NCBI GenBank assembly: GCA_016782315.1
Contig: JADDOQ010000001.1
Coordinates: 12,737-76,736, forward strand
Length of the DNA stretch: 64,000 bases
Direction: 5' to 3'
DNA from: Nitrososphaeraceae archaeon
GTDB lineage: Archaea > Thermoproteota > Nitrososphaeria > Nitrososphaerales > Nitrososphaeraceae
Shown: one piece after another, positions 1 to 9,782 of the stretch
How positions within the stretch are numbered: position 1 is the first letter of the stretch
Layout: each line of letters starts with the position of its first letter
Program-made: the position numbers and the translations under genes
Notes under the pieces: model-generated
Database searches by the model: none
Told to the model about the DNA's origin: nothing
The model's input: only the letters and a program-made list of their open reading frames with translations

Positions 1-313
1 AATCTGCAACCGACGGACTCATTATATCAGATGCATCAAAAAGAGATTGTGAATCCGGTTACGCATCGGATTAATTTTAGCATAAACTGATCATCCATTC
101 TTTTTTTTGTTGATTAGGTATATGATGCAACCTACAGTTTATCTATACTGGAGAAGACCGGAATTTTTTACATTTATTTTATTGATCATTATAGCACTTG
201 TATCAGGTATTCGTAAACCCTTTCTACAACGTCGCTTAACAAAACAGAACATCAAAGAAATCATTGATATCAGTATTTTTTCCTTTAAATGAATTACTAT
301 ATTTAATACTGTT

Positions 314-858
314 ATGTTATTGAGTAAAAAAGATAAAGAAAAACTCGTAATCAAGTTAGCCAATGAGGGTAAAACCCCAAGAGAGACTGCTAAAGAGGTT
401 CATACATCTCAATCTATTGTACAGATTTTGAATAAAGCAACTGGGGACGATGAAGCAGAAAAGGAACAAAGACTGAAGAACAAATCCGAATATGCCCAAG
501 CTTTTAAGATGTTTAAGGATGGGCGACCACTTGAAGATGTGGCGATTGAGTTGGACATAGAATCACCCACCGTTATCTGCTAATATGAGGACTACCTTAA
601 GCTTGTGAATATGCGAAAGCTGGTTGCTATATATAATGATGTGAAAAACGACCTACCGCTGTTCCTTGATCTGTATGACCGCATAAAAAAAGAGAGGATC
701 AGTAAGCCCCAGATATCAGAACTTTTGAAAACTCCGAATCGCCTTTTGGACCTGAAGAAGATGGTGGATTTGTATAACGACCACATATGGAACTGCACTC
801 AAAGAAAATAAAACTCGAAAAGGAAATAGAGGACAAGAGGAAAAGACCACTAGTTTAG
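314..858 (+). pseudogene. Degraded HTH-containing coiled-coil protein (Nitrososphaeraceae accessory family)
   Basis: ORFs 314-583 and 605-811 are in the same frame, separated by one TAA at 581-583 (VIC*YEDYLKLV). One extra G at 789-790 would extend the frame as WELHSKKIKLEKEIEDKRKRPLV to TAG 856-858. HTH-like segments GKTPRETAKEVH and GRPLEDVAIELDI. Confidence 0.65.
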
Positions 859-1306
859 TTCGCTTCTGCTAGATTATACACTTAGGTAAAGTGGTATCCA
901 GGGGTAAGCCTAACACTTTAGTAAATTTTTGATGGCTGTTGCCCGGTATTCTGCTAGTTGTTGTCCATGCATTCATTTGTATACTTGTTGGATAAATGCA
1001 TTCACGATATTACAGACAGAGTTCGAAGGAATCCTATAAACATCTGAGCCTAGAAAAGCAGTCATTGTTTAAGAGGGCACGAAGGGATTAACTCAAAAAT
1101 GAATGAAATTCTTGCTTGGTCATATTCCAAATATGATTAGGAATGGCCGATGTATGCAATTTGAATAATATATTGGTAGTATTGGCATATGTTCAGTTTT
1201 GTGGCTATTCCTCACACAACAAAGTCCAATGTTTGGGCGGTAAAATCGTCCGTATTGTAATTGGGCTTATTGTTAAATAACACATTGCAATACACGTCTC
1301 TGCTAA

Positions 1307-1964
1307 CTAATATCCCAAATCAAATTGTAAAATTACACTATTTTGCTCTAAGGTATATATTACAAAGCTATGGGCATCAACGAATTCTTTTGTTTCGGAA
1401 TTAATTTGATCATAGAATTTGAGCAAATCTGTGTCCCATGTTTTTGAAGAGCCTGAGTCATACGCACAAAGAATGGACATGGGCAACGAGAGTTTTTTGC
1501 CAAGTGCATACTCAAGTTTATGCCATTGCCCCCCAAGTCCATGTGAAATAAAATAGGCAGACAGATCCGCTGCAACTCTAACTCCTTTTTTGCCTTTGGA
1601 AATAAACATGTCGGAGATAGATTTTGTAGCATTTATCCAATTATCAAGGTCCGGATTATTGGGATTTTTGTATATTTCCTCTCCTCTCAATATAATGAGA
1701 CTGCCATCACCAGATCCTTCTTCATATTGATATGTGTTAATTCCATGTTTTTGCATTGATTTTCTTACTTCATCTGTAGATTGTGTTGCAGTAAGGTACA
1801 CCGTCCCCCAGTTATCATCTAGACCTGATTTAACAAAAGCAAAGTGAATACGCTGCATCTCTTCTTTGGTGAAGAAAAAAAACACATCCGTGTTCTCCGG
1901 GTTTTACATCATGTAAAAACTCCTCTGGAGAAGCATTAACTCTATTCCTTGATTCTCTTGGCAT
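1307..1964 (-). pseudogene. MEDS (DcmR-type sensory) domain protein split by a +1 frameshift in a T8 tract
   Basis: MPRESR...KPGEHGCVFF (ATG 1964) joins FTKEEMQRIHFAFVKSGL...GVRVAAD...LCAYD if the T8 run (A8 at 1875-1882 on +) were T7. GEHxC, 'F++.GL' and 'LCAYD' are MEDS hallmarks. Confidence 0.7.
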
Positions 1965-2231
1965 ACCAATAATCTTTGGATATAATAACAAAATATTAAA
2001 ATGATATGATTGTGGGGGGACACAATCTAATAAAAACACCCTGCAATTGCATTATCTCCTGTAAGAATGGTTGCATCAACAAGTTTAATTTCTCAAACCT
2101 TTGCAAAGATATATTGGTTTACCATGATGCCAGAATAAATAGGGCATCCTATCCATCATATCATCTAGTTTCTAAAAGATATTAAATAAAAGGCGCTCCA
2201 TCGTTTTTATTCTTCATTAGACATATGTACA

Positions 2232-3617
2232 TTAGGTATTCCTTGATCTTCTTTGGGACAGTACCATTTTCATGTATTCCTTGATCTCTTCCTCATTAAC
2301 TTCGACTGAAAAACCTCCAGTCTGTTCTTCTAATTTTTTCTGCTCTTTTTTGACAAGCTTGGATACTCTTTGCTCTAGTTGCTGTTCCATCTGAGCAGAT
2401 CCAATATCATCCATTAGTTTTACCGCAGAAGCTTTTATTGATTTTCTTAATGAACGATCTTGAGATAATGCAACAGCCGAGAGATACAATCCCATGCTAA
2501 ACAAATATGAAGATAATAGTACTAGGGAATGACCCGCAATCCCATATGTCTGTTGTAGCGCTGAAGTAGACAGAGCAAGTCCCACTAGTATATCGCCGAT
2601 AGCGGCAATAGTAAGATAGTCTTTTAATTTTGGTGAGGTTACCCTCCTTGCCACCATGAAAAAGGCCAAACCAAATAGAATGTTTCCGCATACGTTACCT
2701 ATTCTAAACAAAAGTCTAAAATAATATCGATATTCTTCATCTACACCTGCCAAGCTTTCGCCTGACAAGAAGCCTGGCATTTTTCCAATCAGATAAAAAA
2801 CAAGTGGAAGAGAAAGAACAATCCATAACCATATGGGGAGCCTACCTAATGTTTGATAAAAGCTACGCAAAAGTGTTGTAGAAGCCAACCACCTAAATGC
2901 AAATGCTATGGGAATGACCGTAGAAGCCAGACCCACATATAGTTGTATATTTGAATATGGCAGTATATAGAGCGTGGTTGTTTCAGAATCCATCACCTTG
3001 TATTGTATTTCACCATTATGCTTCTCCGATGACTCATACAAAAAAGATGATTCTACAGGGACCCCAACAGGGGTTTTTTCTTTTATAACCTGTATCAGTA
3101 GCAATTTGCTAAAGCCTTCTTGAGCTATTGAAGTGGCAAGTAATATTGCTGCGATACCGTAAAACAAGAGAGTATAGTTTTTGTAACCTCTTAATCTATA
3201 CCATAAAAAGAATTTATAGGAAATTCCACCCATAATGATGCTTGCTACTGCAGAACTAACCGCAAAAACTAAAGGTGATAGAAATTCTGTGGTGTTAGTA
3301 AAAAACACAACTAAAAGTAGCCCCAAAAGAAAAAACTGAACTATCGTCATAGTCCAAAATGTTAGATTATGAAAACGCGATTTGGATCTAATTTCTTCAC
3401 TTACACGTTTAGTAAATCCCAAAAGGACAAAAGAACCAATGCCATATCCGATCACAACAGTCAAAATAAACATTATAGTCTCCGTATCATTGTTATATGA
3501 TAAAATCTGACGTGTCATTAGTAAATCAACAATTACAAGAAAAATTATGGAAAATCCTGCAATAACCGAAGCCTTTCTACTGGTTAGCATTGAGAACACG
3601 GAAGTTAGTCTTGACAA
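2232..3617 (-). CDS. Multi-pass membrane protein (461 aa) with cytoplasmic coiled-coil tail
   Basis: About 10-11 hydrophobic segments, then a soluble tail DRSLRKSIK...IGSAQMEQQLEQRV...EEEIKEYMKMVL resembling an expanded Nitrososphaeraceae family; TTG start. Confidence 0.8.
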   Translation of the reverse strand: MSRLTSVFSMLTSRKASVIAGFSIIFLVIVDLLMTRQILSYNNDTETIMFILTVVIGYGIGSFVLLGFTKRVSEEIRSKSRFHNLTFWTMTIVQFFLLGLLLVVFFTNTTEFLSPLVFAVSSAVASIIMGGISYKFFLWYRLRGYKNYTLLFYGIAAILLATSIAQEGFSKLLLIQVIKEKTPVGVPVESSFLYESSEKHNGEIQYKVMDSETTTLYILPYSNIQLYVGLASTVIPIAFAFRWLASTTLLRSFYQTLGRLPIWLWIVLSLPLVFYLIGKMPGFLSGESLAGVDEEYRYYFRLLFRIGNVCGNILFGLAFFMVARRVTSPKLKDYLTIAAIGDILVGLALSTSALQQTYGIAGHSLVLLSSYLFSMGLYLSAVALSQDRSLRKSIKASAVKLMDDIGSAQMEQQLEQRVSKLVKKEQKKLEEQTGGFSVEVNEEEIKEYMKMVLSQRRSRNT

Positions 3618-3695
3618 TTATAACAGATTCATAACAATGACGTATGTAATATAGTTATTTATATATTCGAATTCAATGAGGCTCATTATTCGGAT

Positions 3696-4131
3696 TCAAA
3701 TCCATTTTATGTAATTGATTCGGAAAGCATGTCACCTGTCCTACATATCGGTGACATGGTCATGGTTTGCAACAACAATGGCAATGGAACCTCCTTTGAA
3801 AATATACGTATTGGAGACATCGTTGTATTCAACGCTTTTGCTGCTGACGCCGTAGAAGAGGGCAAAACAATAGTCAGTAGAGTTGCGGCAATGTTTGAGG
3901 AAGGCTAAACATTGATGGGAAATGCTAAACTGGACCAATTGTGTACCCGTTTCAGTACCTGCTGTTTTGGAGAACAAAACGATATTGACCAAAGGGGACG
4001 CAAATGAGTGCTCTATCCCAGGGGTTGATATTCCGATCACGCAATAAAACTATATTGGAAGAGTTGTATCCATTATTAATGATGAACACACACCTGCAAT
4101 GACAGCTGATAAATTATCTAAAACTTGTTGA
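3696..4131 (+). pseudogene. Signal peptidase I (S26B/Sec11-type) remnant
   Basis: Hand translation gives NPFYVIDSESMSPVLHIGDMV...IGDIVVF...TIVSRV, then TAA 3906-3908. A second frame gives KTILTKGDANECSIPGVDIPITQ*NYIGRV (TAA 4045-4047). No N-terminal membrane anchor or start codon found. Confidence 0.8.
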
Positions 4132-4431
4132 GTACAAACGAATTTGAATTAGCTTTGGATGATAATTCAATATGATATTCTTTTCTACAAATATTACAAG
4201 TAATATGGAATAATTGCGTCCTTCCTTTCAATTGGTAAATGCATCTACCTCTGGTTGCTGGTTTGATTTGATTATTAATAGCATAAGATTCCAATTCTTG
4301 TGTCTAGCGGCGCTACCACCGCTAACTCTTTCTTACTTTGGGCTATAGTAGATATTGTTTGTCTGCATTATCCCACCAATTACTTCACATTGGTATAACC
4401 CAAACATACACCATTCAGCCGATATGCTGCT

Positions 4432-4964
4432 TTAAAACCCAACTCTCATTCCTGTTGAGGCCATGAGAAGGACAATAACCTTTCCTCGCCCATCACACAA
4501 AGATAAAAGCTTGGATATTTCATCATGGTGTAGCCTCTATATTCATATTTGTTTTCCTGCTCGCCTACAAACGTGGACAGTTTTTTTCTGTTTAGGGTTA
4601 TGTCGTTTAAGGAAAAGAAATGATATAGAGCAGCTATGTGAACTGACAAAGTTGAAAAGGAGAAATTCTCTCCTTTCTTCTCCATTAGTTGCTGGATAAT
4701 TTCGCCTTCAATGACTTTAGGGTCTTTGGAGAGAATGTCGGATAGGGATGCAACATTATTGTTACAATGGTGTTTTAGATACTTTTGGAGACACCTATCA
4801 TATTTTATTTTGGTGAGATTAGCCCTCAGTGATGATATAAAAAGAACATAAGCAGGGTGGTTTTTATAATCTAAAACAAGTTTGTCGGCATTGGGAGAAG
4901 TGTGATTAAAATTGGCAGCAGCAGCAGCAACAGCAGCAGCATTGGCAACACCTTTATTTTTCAT
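4432..4964 (-). mobile_element. Truncated, frameshifted tyrosine recombinase/integrase (pseudogene)
   Basis: N-terminal core-binding-like region (ALYHFFSLNDITLNRKKLSTFVGEQENKYEYRGYT). After a one-base frameshift at 4527-4528 the frame reads HDEISKLLSLCDGRGKVIVLLMASTGMRVG (box I catalytic Arg), then TAA at 4432-4434. The C-terminal HxxR/Tyr half is absent. Confidence 0.85.
4915..4941. repeat. (GCA)n trinucleotide tract encoding poly-Ala in the integrase N-terminus
   Basis: (GCA)5 ACA (GCA)3 read directly. Confidence 0.9.
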
Positions 4965-5086
4965 ATCATTTCCCCTTTAATTATAATATATAGAATAGAT
5001 TCTCTGATAATTATATGTAATATGGCAGTCATAGAAACAATATTATATTTATTGTACAGTTCACTAGCTTATTGGGATAGAGTAGG

Positions 5087-5512
5087 GTGACGATCGAGCT
5101 ATCAGTAGGTGCAATAATAAGATACCAGACCATGGAGTATAACAAGGATTATGCGGAATTCCTCCTTCTAAGAAATAAAAGGGGATTTTGGGGATTCCCT
5201 CAGGGGCATAAGGAAAGGGGCGAAAACGATATCCAAACGCTGCAAAGAGAGGTTCAGGAAGAGACTGGAATAGTTAACCTTGAGATCCACCAATATATTG
5301 GCAAAATCCAATACAAATACTTTAGAGCAGATGGACTTCGCTCAGAAAAAGAAGTAAAGTTTTATTTTGCTACTACCTCTACAAGAGAGGTTATCATATC
5401 AAATGAGCATGAAGATTTTAAATGGACCAACTATTTGGATGCATTGTCATTACTTGACCACCGTCAATTGAAATCCATCATACTTAAGGGAAGAAGAAAA
5501 GGACTCTATTAA
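5087..5512 (+). CDS. Nudix hydrolase, Ap4A hydrolase-like
   Basis: Complete Nudix box GHKERGENDIQTLQREVQEETGI; C-terminal SNEHEDFKW typical of Ap4A hydrolases. Confidence 0.9.
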   Translation: MTIELSVGAIIRYQTMEYNKDYAEFLLLRNKRGFWGFPQGHKERGENDIQTLQREVQEETGIVNLEIHQYIGKIQYKYFRADGLRSEKEVKFYFATTSTREVIISNEHEDFKWTNYLDALSLLDHRQLKSIILKGRRKGLY

Positions 5513-5834
5513 AATAAAGGATCATGGTATTTTTGCTTTTCTCTGATATGCTCTTTCTTAAATCAAACGACCGATTTGTTTTGTTAATGTGTTGCTATAG
5601 ATATTATATCTCCGTCATTGGTTCGTATATTTGTATTTTTAACTCCACTTAAAATGGGGTGTTTTGAATTTTGACCTGCTGCTGCTGCTGCTTTGCCCTC
5701 AGGCTTATGCGTGTTCTATATCCTTTTACCACTGTATTGTCAATTTTTCATCATAATACCCTTCATGGTGTAAATGGGATGAAAATAATTTTATACTCTC
5801 TGATAATAGTTATTTACAGGATATAGATTATAAA

Positions 5835-7409
5835 ATGGTATCTGGCAAAAGAATTGTTTTAACTGCTGATCGTAGCTTAATGACAAACTATCGGGGTAAT
5901 TTCCTTTATGGCTTTATCGCTTGTGGCCCTTACGAGCTTGTTCCTGAATTTGTTTTTGACAAACTTTTTTGCCCTAGTGTTGAGACAGTGAAAAGTACAG
6001 GCGAGATAAAAGTTGCTCAATGCGGACTCCGCAGAATAGAAAGCGCCCTTCTTCAGGAGTACCCTAAAAATGATATTTTTCTGGCCCATCCTGAAATGCT
6101 TGATAAATGTATAGGGCCCGAGACAAAGGTTGTAGGTATTAACGTGATGGATCCTCTGGGAATGGCTCCTGTCACTACCACTATGTCACCTGAAAAACTG
6201 TCTTATGTGGCAATGAAGTTTAAGAAAATGTGTGCTTCAATAATACAGTTAAAGAAAAAATATGACTTTAAGGTCGTAGTTGGAGGTAATGGATCGTGGG
6301 AATTGGCAAAGCCTGAGAGAATGAGGATTCATGGGATAGATACCGTTGTTATTGGGGAGGCTGACGAACTGGCACTTGACCTTTTCCATGACTTGGAAGC
6401 AGGTGATGCCCCTGAGCTATTGCATACCTTTGTCAGGAACATTGAGAACATTCCCACAATCAAAGGCCCAACGATAAATTCTTTAATTGAGGCTATGCGT
6501 GGCTGCGGAAGGGGATGTGACTTTTGCGATGTCAACAAACGCTCCAAAAAGGACATACCATTGTCAAGACTGCAGGAAGAAGCCAAAATAAACCTCAAAT
6601 ACGGATTTGATTCTATTTGGCTTCAATCAGATGAAATGTTACTATATGGGTGTGATAACAAAGACTTTGTTCCAAATCAGGATGCAATTCTTGACGTTTG
6701 GAAAGGGTTAAAGTCTATCGGGGCAAATTTCATAGGCACAACTCACATGACACTGTCCGCTGTTGCTTCGTCTCCGGATTTGATTGAAAAAATATCTCAG
6801 GTTAATGATATGGAAAATAATGGCAGATGGCTAGCAACTAACTTGGGTGTGGAAACTGTCGCTCCAAGAATGGTAAAAAAACACCTGGGTGTTAAAACCA
6901 AGCCATTTCAACCTGAAGAGTGGGGTTCGGTTGTAAGGGAAGGGTGCAAGATTCTCAATCGTAATCACTGGTTTCCCGCATTGACACTGATAATCGGTTG
7001 GCCAGATGAAACCCCTGATGAGACACAATATACTATTGATTTGATACAGGACTTTAAACAAATGGAAATGAGGGGTCTGGTGGCGCCATTGCTGTATCAG
7101 GATTTTTCTGAGAGAAATTCAATGCATTTTGGTAATCTCAATGAGTCGCAATTTGCACTGTTTTGGACATGCTGGCAGCATAACCTTAGGGTAATTGACA
7201 ATATCATTCCGATTATTATTAGAAATAAAACATACGGTCCTGCAATGAAGGTGTTTATGGCCATGTTGATAAAAGCAGGAACCTGGGCTATTATGAAATA
7301 CCTGCGCGGATTATCTAAGGGTCTCTTTGATGGTAAACCAGCAGAGGATGTTGTTGCGAAATATGTCAAACCCCGCTCTGTTACCGCACCGTTGCCATCA
7401 AAGCTGTGA
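5835..7409 (+). CDS. COG1032-type radical SAM protein with N-terminal B12-binding-like domain; GDGT ring synthase (Grs)-like paralogue 1
   Basis: CxxxCxxC (CGRGCDFC); N-terminal IVLTADRSLM..Y, GLRRIESAL and MDPLGMAP motifs. Grs-family resemblance is from recall of the family, not a search. Confidence 0.8.
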   Translation: MVSGKRIVLTADRSLMTNYRGNFLYGFIACGPYELVPEFVFDKLFCPSVETVKSTGEIKVAQCGLRRIESALLQEYPKNDIFLAHPEMLDKCIGPETKVVGINVMDPLGMAPVTTTMSPEKLSYVAMKFKKMCASIIQLKKKYDFKVVVGGNGSWELAKPERMRIHGIDTVVIGEADELALDLFHDLEAGDAPELLHTFVRNIENIPTIKGPTINSLIEAMRGCGRGCDFCDVNKRSKKDIPLSRLQEEAKINLKYGFDSIWLQSDEMLLYGCDNKDFVPNQDAILDVWKGLKSIGANFIGTTHMTLSAVASSPDLIEKISQVNDMENNGRWLATNLGVETVAPRMVKKHLGVKTKPFQPEEWGSVVREGCKILNRNHWFPALTLIIGWPDETPDETQYTIDLIQDFKQMEMRGLVAPLLYQDFSERNSMHFGNLNESQFALFWTCWQHNLRVIDNIIPIIIRNKTYGPAMKVFMAMLIKAGTWAIMKYLRGLSKGLFDGKPAEDVVAKYVKPRSVTAPLPSKL

Positions 7410-7504
7410 TTTTATACGAGTAAACTAAACTCGTTTTTCAGTTAAACCAAGGGAAAATTGCGGAAATTCCCAACAATTAAACATGATAAAATAGGATTTC
7501 ATTA

Positions 7505-7843
7505 TTATTGTTGCTGCCTGTTTAATTCGCTTAAAGCTGCATCGGCTAGTGTGTCTCTTTGAGGGGTAATTACTATGAAATAGTTCTTATCTGCTCTCTC
7601 CATTGCCGTTACTAGCTTGTGTTTTTTTGTGGATATGTCAAACTCGTACATACCGCGCTCTAGCTTGCCTTTTGTGTATATCATCAATAAAACGTCTCCT
7701 GAAAGGGGCGTAATCGGTACCATGGAGAAAACATGATCTTTATATGAACTTATGGGAAGCACTTGTTTCATATACGGTGCAACAGAAACCAAATAAATTA
7801 AAACATCTTCTATGGTCTCAAATTCTTCATACTCAAATTTCAT
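7505..7843 (-). CDS. Conserved hypothetical protein (112 aa)
   Basis: Clean ORF with ATG start and natural composition; co-oriented with fpr. Confidence 0.75.
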   Translation of the reverse strand: MKFEYEEFETIEDVLIYLVSVAPYMKQVLPISSYKDHVFSMVPITPLSGDVLLMIYTKGKLERGMYEFDISTKKHKLVTAMERADKNYFIVITPQRDTLADAALSELNRQQQ

Positions 7844-7900
7844 TTAAATTATTAACTATAGCAAGGATAAATAAACTTATAACAAAAATAAAATAAGGAA

Positions 7901-8743
7901 TCAGCCGTAAGATTCGAATTTTACATCAAAAGAGCCGTCTTTTCTCTTTTTCCTTTCAGTAACAAAACCTTTTGGCACAAGGGAGTCCAACACCCCATCA
8001 ACCGTTCCTTGCCATCCACAAACATAAAACGAGGTGTTTTCTGGTGTTATGTTTTCTCCAACCAATTCCTCAAGTGGTGATTTGTCATTGCCCGCCTTTG
8101 GTCTTAGGAATGTTTCTACTCTTCCTTTATGTCCGCTCCATGATCTGTTAAACCATTCTTGGGGCCTGCTTATGCTGGCCCTATACTGAAAGTTCCATTT
8201 GTCCCTTCCTTTGTCGATGCTTTCGCTCTCCAGTTCCGTTAATAGATCTCTATAGCTTAATTCATCAACATAACTAGCTCCGTGCAGTACTATAATTTCC
8301 CTTTTACTTTCGTTCTTTTTTAGGTGCAGAGAATATGAAATAAATGGGGCAAGGCCTGTGCCTCCACCAATCAATACCAATCTTCTGTTATCTGGCTCAC
8401 CGGAAGGCATTTTTTCGTTGATTGTAAATATTCCTGTGGGTTTGACCCAAAATATCTCGTCTCCCTCTTTTTTATCAAACATCTGTGTGGTTAGTCTTCC
8501 CGGAACTGGTTTCTTTACCCATCTTATGATTAACTCAAAATATTTTTTTTGATGGGGTGGCGATGCAATGGAGTATGCTCTTCTAACTGTTTTACCTTCA
8601 CTAGGAACATTTACACCAAGAGTTACAAATTGTCCTGGCTTAAAGTCGGGAACCTCGCCTTCATTTGGCTTGATGTGAAAAATAGCCAGGTCCTCCTTTA
8701 ATACACTAATGTATGATATTGTTGCCTTATTGTCAACTACCAT
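7901..8743 (-). CDS. fpr: Ferredoxin--NADP+ reductase (bacterial-type FNR)
   Basis: RRAYSIAS (FAD), GGGTGLAPF and YVCG (NADP) motifs, C-terminal FESYG. Confidence 0.9.
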   Translation of the reverse strand: MVVDNKATISYISVLKEDLAIFHIKPNEGEVPDFKPGQFVTLGVNVPSEGKTVRRAYSIASPPHQKKYFELIIRWVKKPVPGRLTTQMFDKKEGDEIFWVKPTGIFTINEKMPSGEPDNRRLVLIGGGTGLAPFISYSLHLKKNESKREIIVLHGASYVDELSYRDLLTELESESIDKGRDKWNFQYRASISRPQEWFNRSWSGHKGRVETFLRPKAGNDKSPLEELVGENITPENTSFYVCGWQGTVDGVLDSLVPKGFVTERKKRKDGSFDVKFESYG

Positions 8744-8978
8744 GATACTCTGTGTTTTAAGCCGAGTCAGTTAAATATTTTGTTCTAGTATTATAAAATA
8801 TCTATTTCAATTCCATAATTTTTACATTATAAACGCCAAAATAAAATATTTGTAAGAATATTGAAATATATTCAAAATAAATTGTAAATATTTGTGATTT
8901 ATGCACTATTGCTAAATGGCCAAAAATTGTTAATGTTTTTATGGATTGTAACCATGTAAACTGGAGTGCTTTTTTTGG

Positions 8979-9110
8979 TCATTTGTATTTCTTCATGATG
9001 TTGTAATATGGAGAAGCTTTATGTCTTTCTATGCATTTTTGACACATGGATTTATCTCCATATTTTCTGTGGCATTGGCAATCACAGATAGATTTTACAT
9101 TCGATTCCAA
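8979..9110 (-). CDS. Small Cys/His-rich putative metal-binding protein (43 aa; below the ORF-track cutoff)
   Basis: Hand translation MESNVKSICDCQCHRKYGDKSMCQKCIERHKASPYYNIMKKYK*; TTG start with a TATA-like TTATATTT about 25-30 nt upstream. Confidence 0.6.
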   Translation of the reverse strand: MESNVKSICDCQCHRKYGDKSMCQKCIERHKASPYYNIMKKYK

Positions 9111-9206
9111 ATGATGATAATGGTAGATTGATTAAATATAATGGTTTTTTATTTTTTTTGTTGGATTAAAAGATTTATAATCCCTATATAGGGCATTTTT
9201 TTTGAA

Positions 9207-9782
9207 ATGATCAATAGCCTAGCAAATAGCATTATCTCAAATGTGGTTTTATCATCCAAACCCTGCTCAAAACTGTTGGAAAGCGATGGGATTTCCTCTA
9301 AAGCATTTACATTGAGGAGTTTTGATGGCCGGAAATTGATTAGCCTTAAAGACGTGAGGACATTAAAAAATAGTGTTCCTCGTTTAGGAACAGCTATAAA
9401 CATAGTCAAGAACCTTGACGAATATCTTTACATAGTTTGCAATTACGTTCCCAATATCAATGACAGTAATTTCTTTAAGATTAGATTCCAAAAAATACGC
9501 GTATTGATCCATTTGCTATTCAGCAGGCTTTCAAAAATTCTCTCAGAGGCCACAAACCCGAATGACCTAAACGAATGGATTGGTGAGTCCAACTCGCTGC
9601 TGGTGGAGACATCGGATCTTGTTTTGGAGTATCGTGATTCTTTGAGGAATGAGAAAAATGGCCAGTCAACTGAAAACTTTGAGCAAAAGGTTAAACTCAA
9701 GAGGGATTATTTTAGCTACTTTGGCATGAAGGAGGAAAGCATGGATGTTGCTCTTTATTCCATTTATGGCATAGTTGTTTGA
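9207..9782 (+). CDS. Hypothetical helical protein (191 aa)
   Basis: Long ORF with no recognisable motif; its stop overlaps the bcp 3' end convergently. Confidence 0.65.
   Translation: MINSLANSIISNVVLSSKPCSKLLESDGISSKAFTLRSFDGRKLISLKDVRTLKNSVPRLGTAINIVKNLDEYLYIVCNYVPNINDSNFFKIRFQKIRVLIHLLFSRLSKILSEATNPNDLNEWIGESNSLLVETSDLVLEYRDSLRNEKNGQSTENFEQKVKLKRDYFSYFGMKEESMDVALYSIYGIVV

Noticed and set aside
107-292. 61-aa ORF with a hydrophobic stretch
   Set aside because: No motif, overlaps an antisense ORF, and lies in decayed DNA; unsupported.
581-583. Stop-codon recoding (Sec/Pyl) in the HTH gene
   Set aside because: The codon is TAA, which is not recoded, and a second lesion exists downstream.
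3741-4040. ORF-track minus-strand 99-aa ORF
   Set aside because: It is the antisense shadow of the + strand signal peptidase pseudogene, which carries the recognisable motifs.
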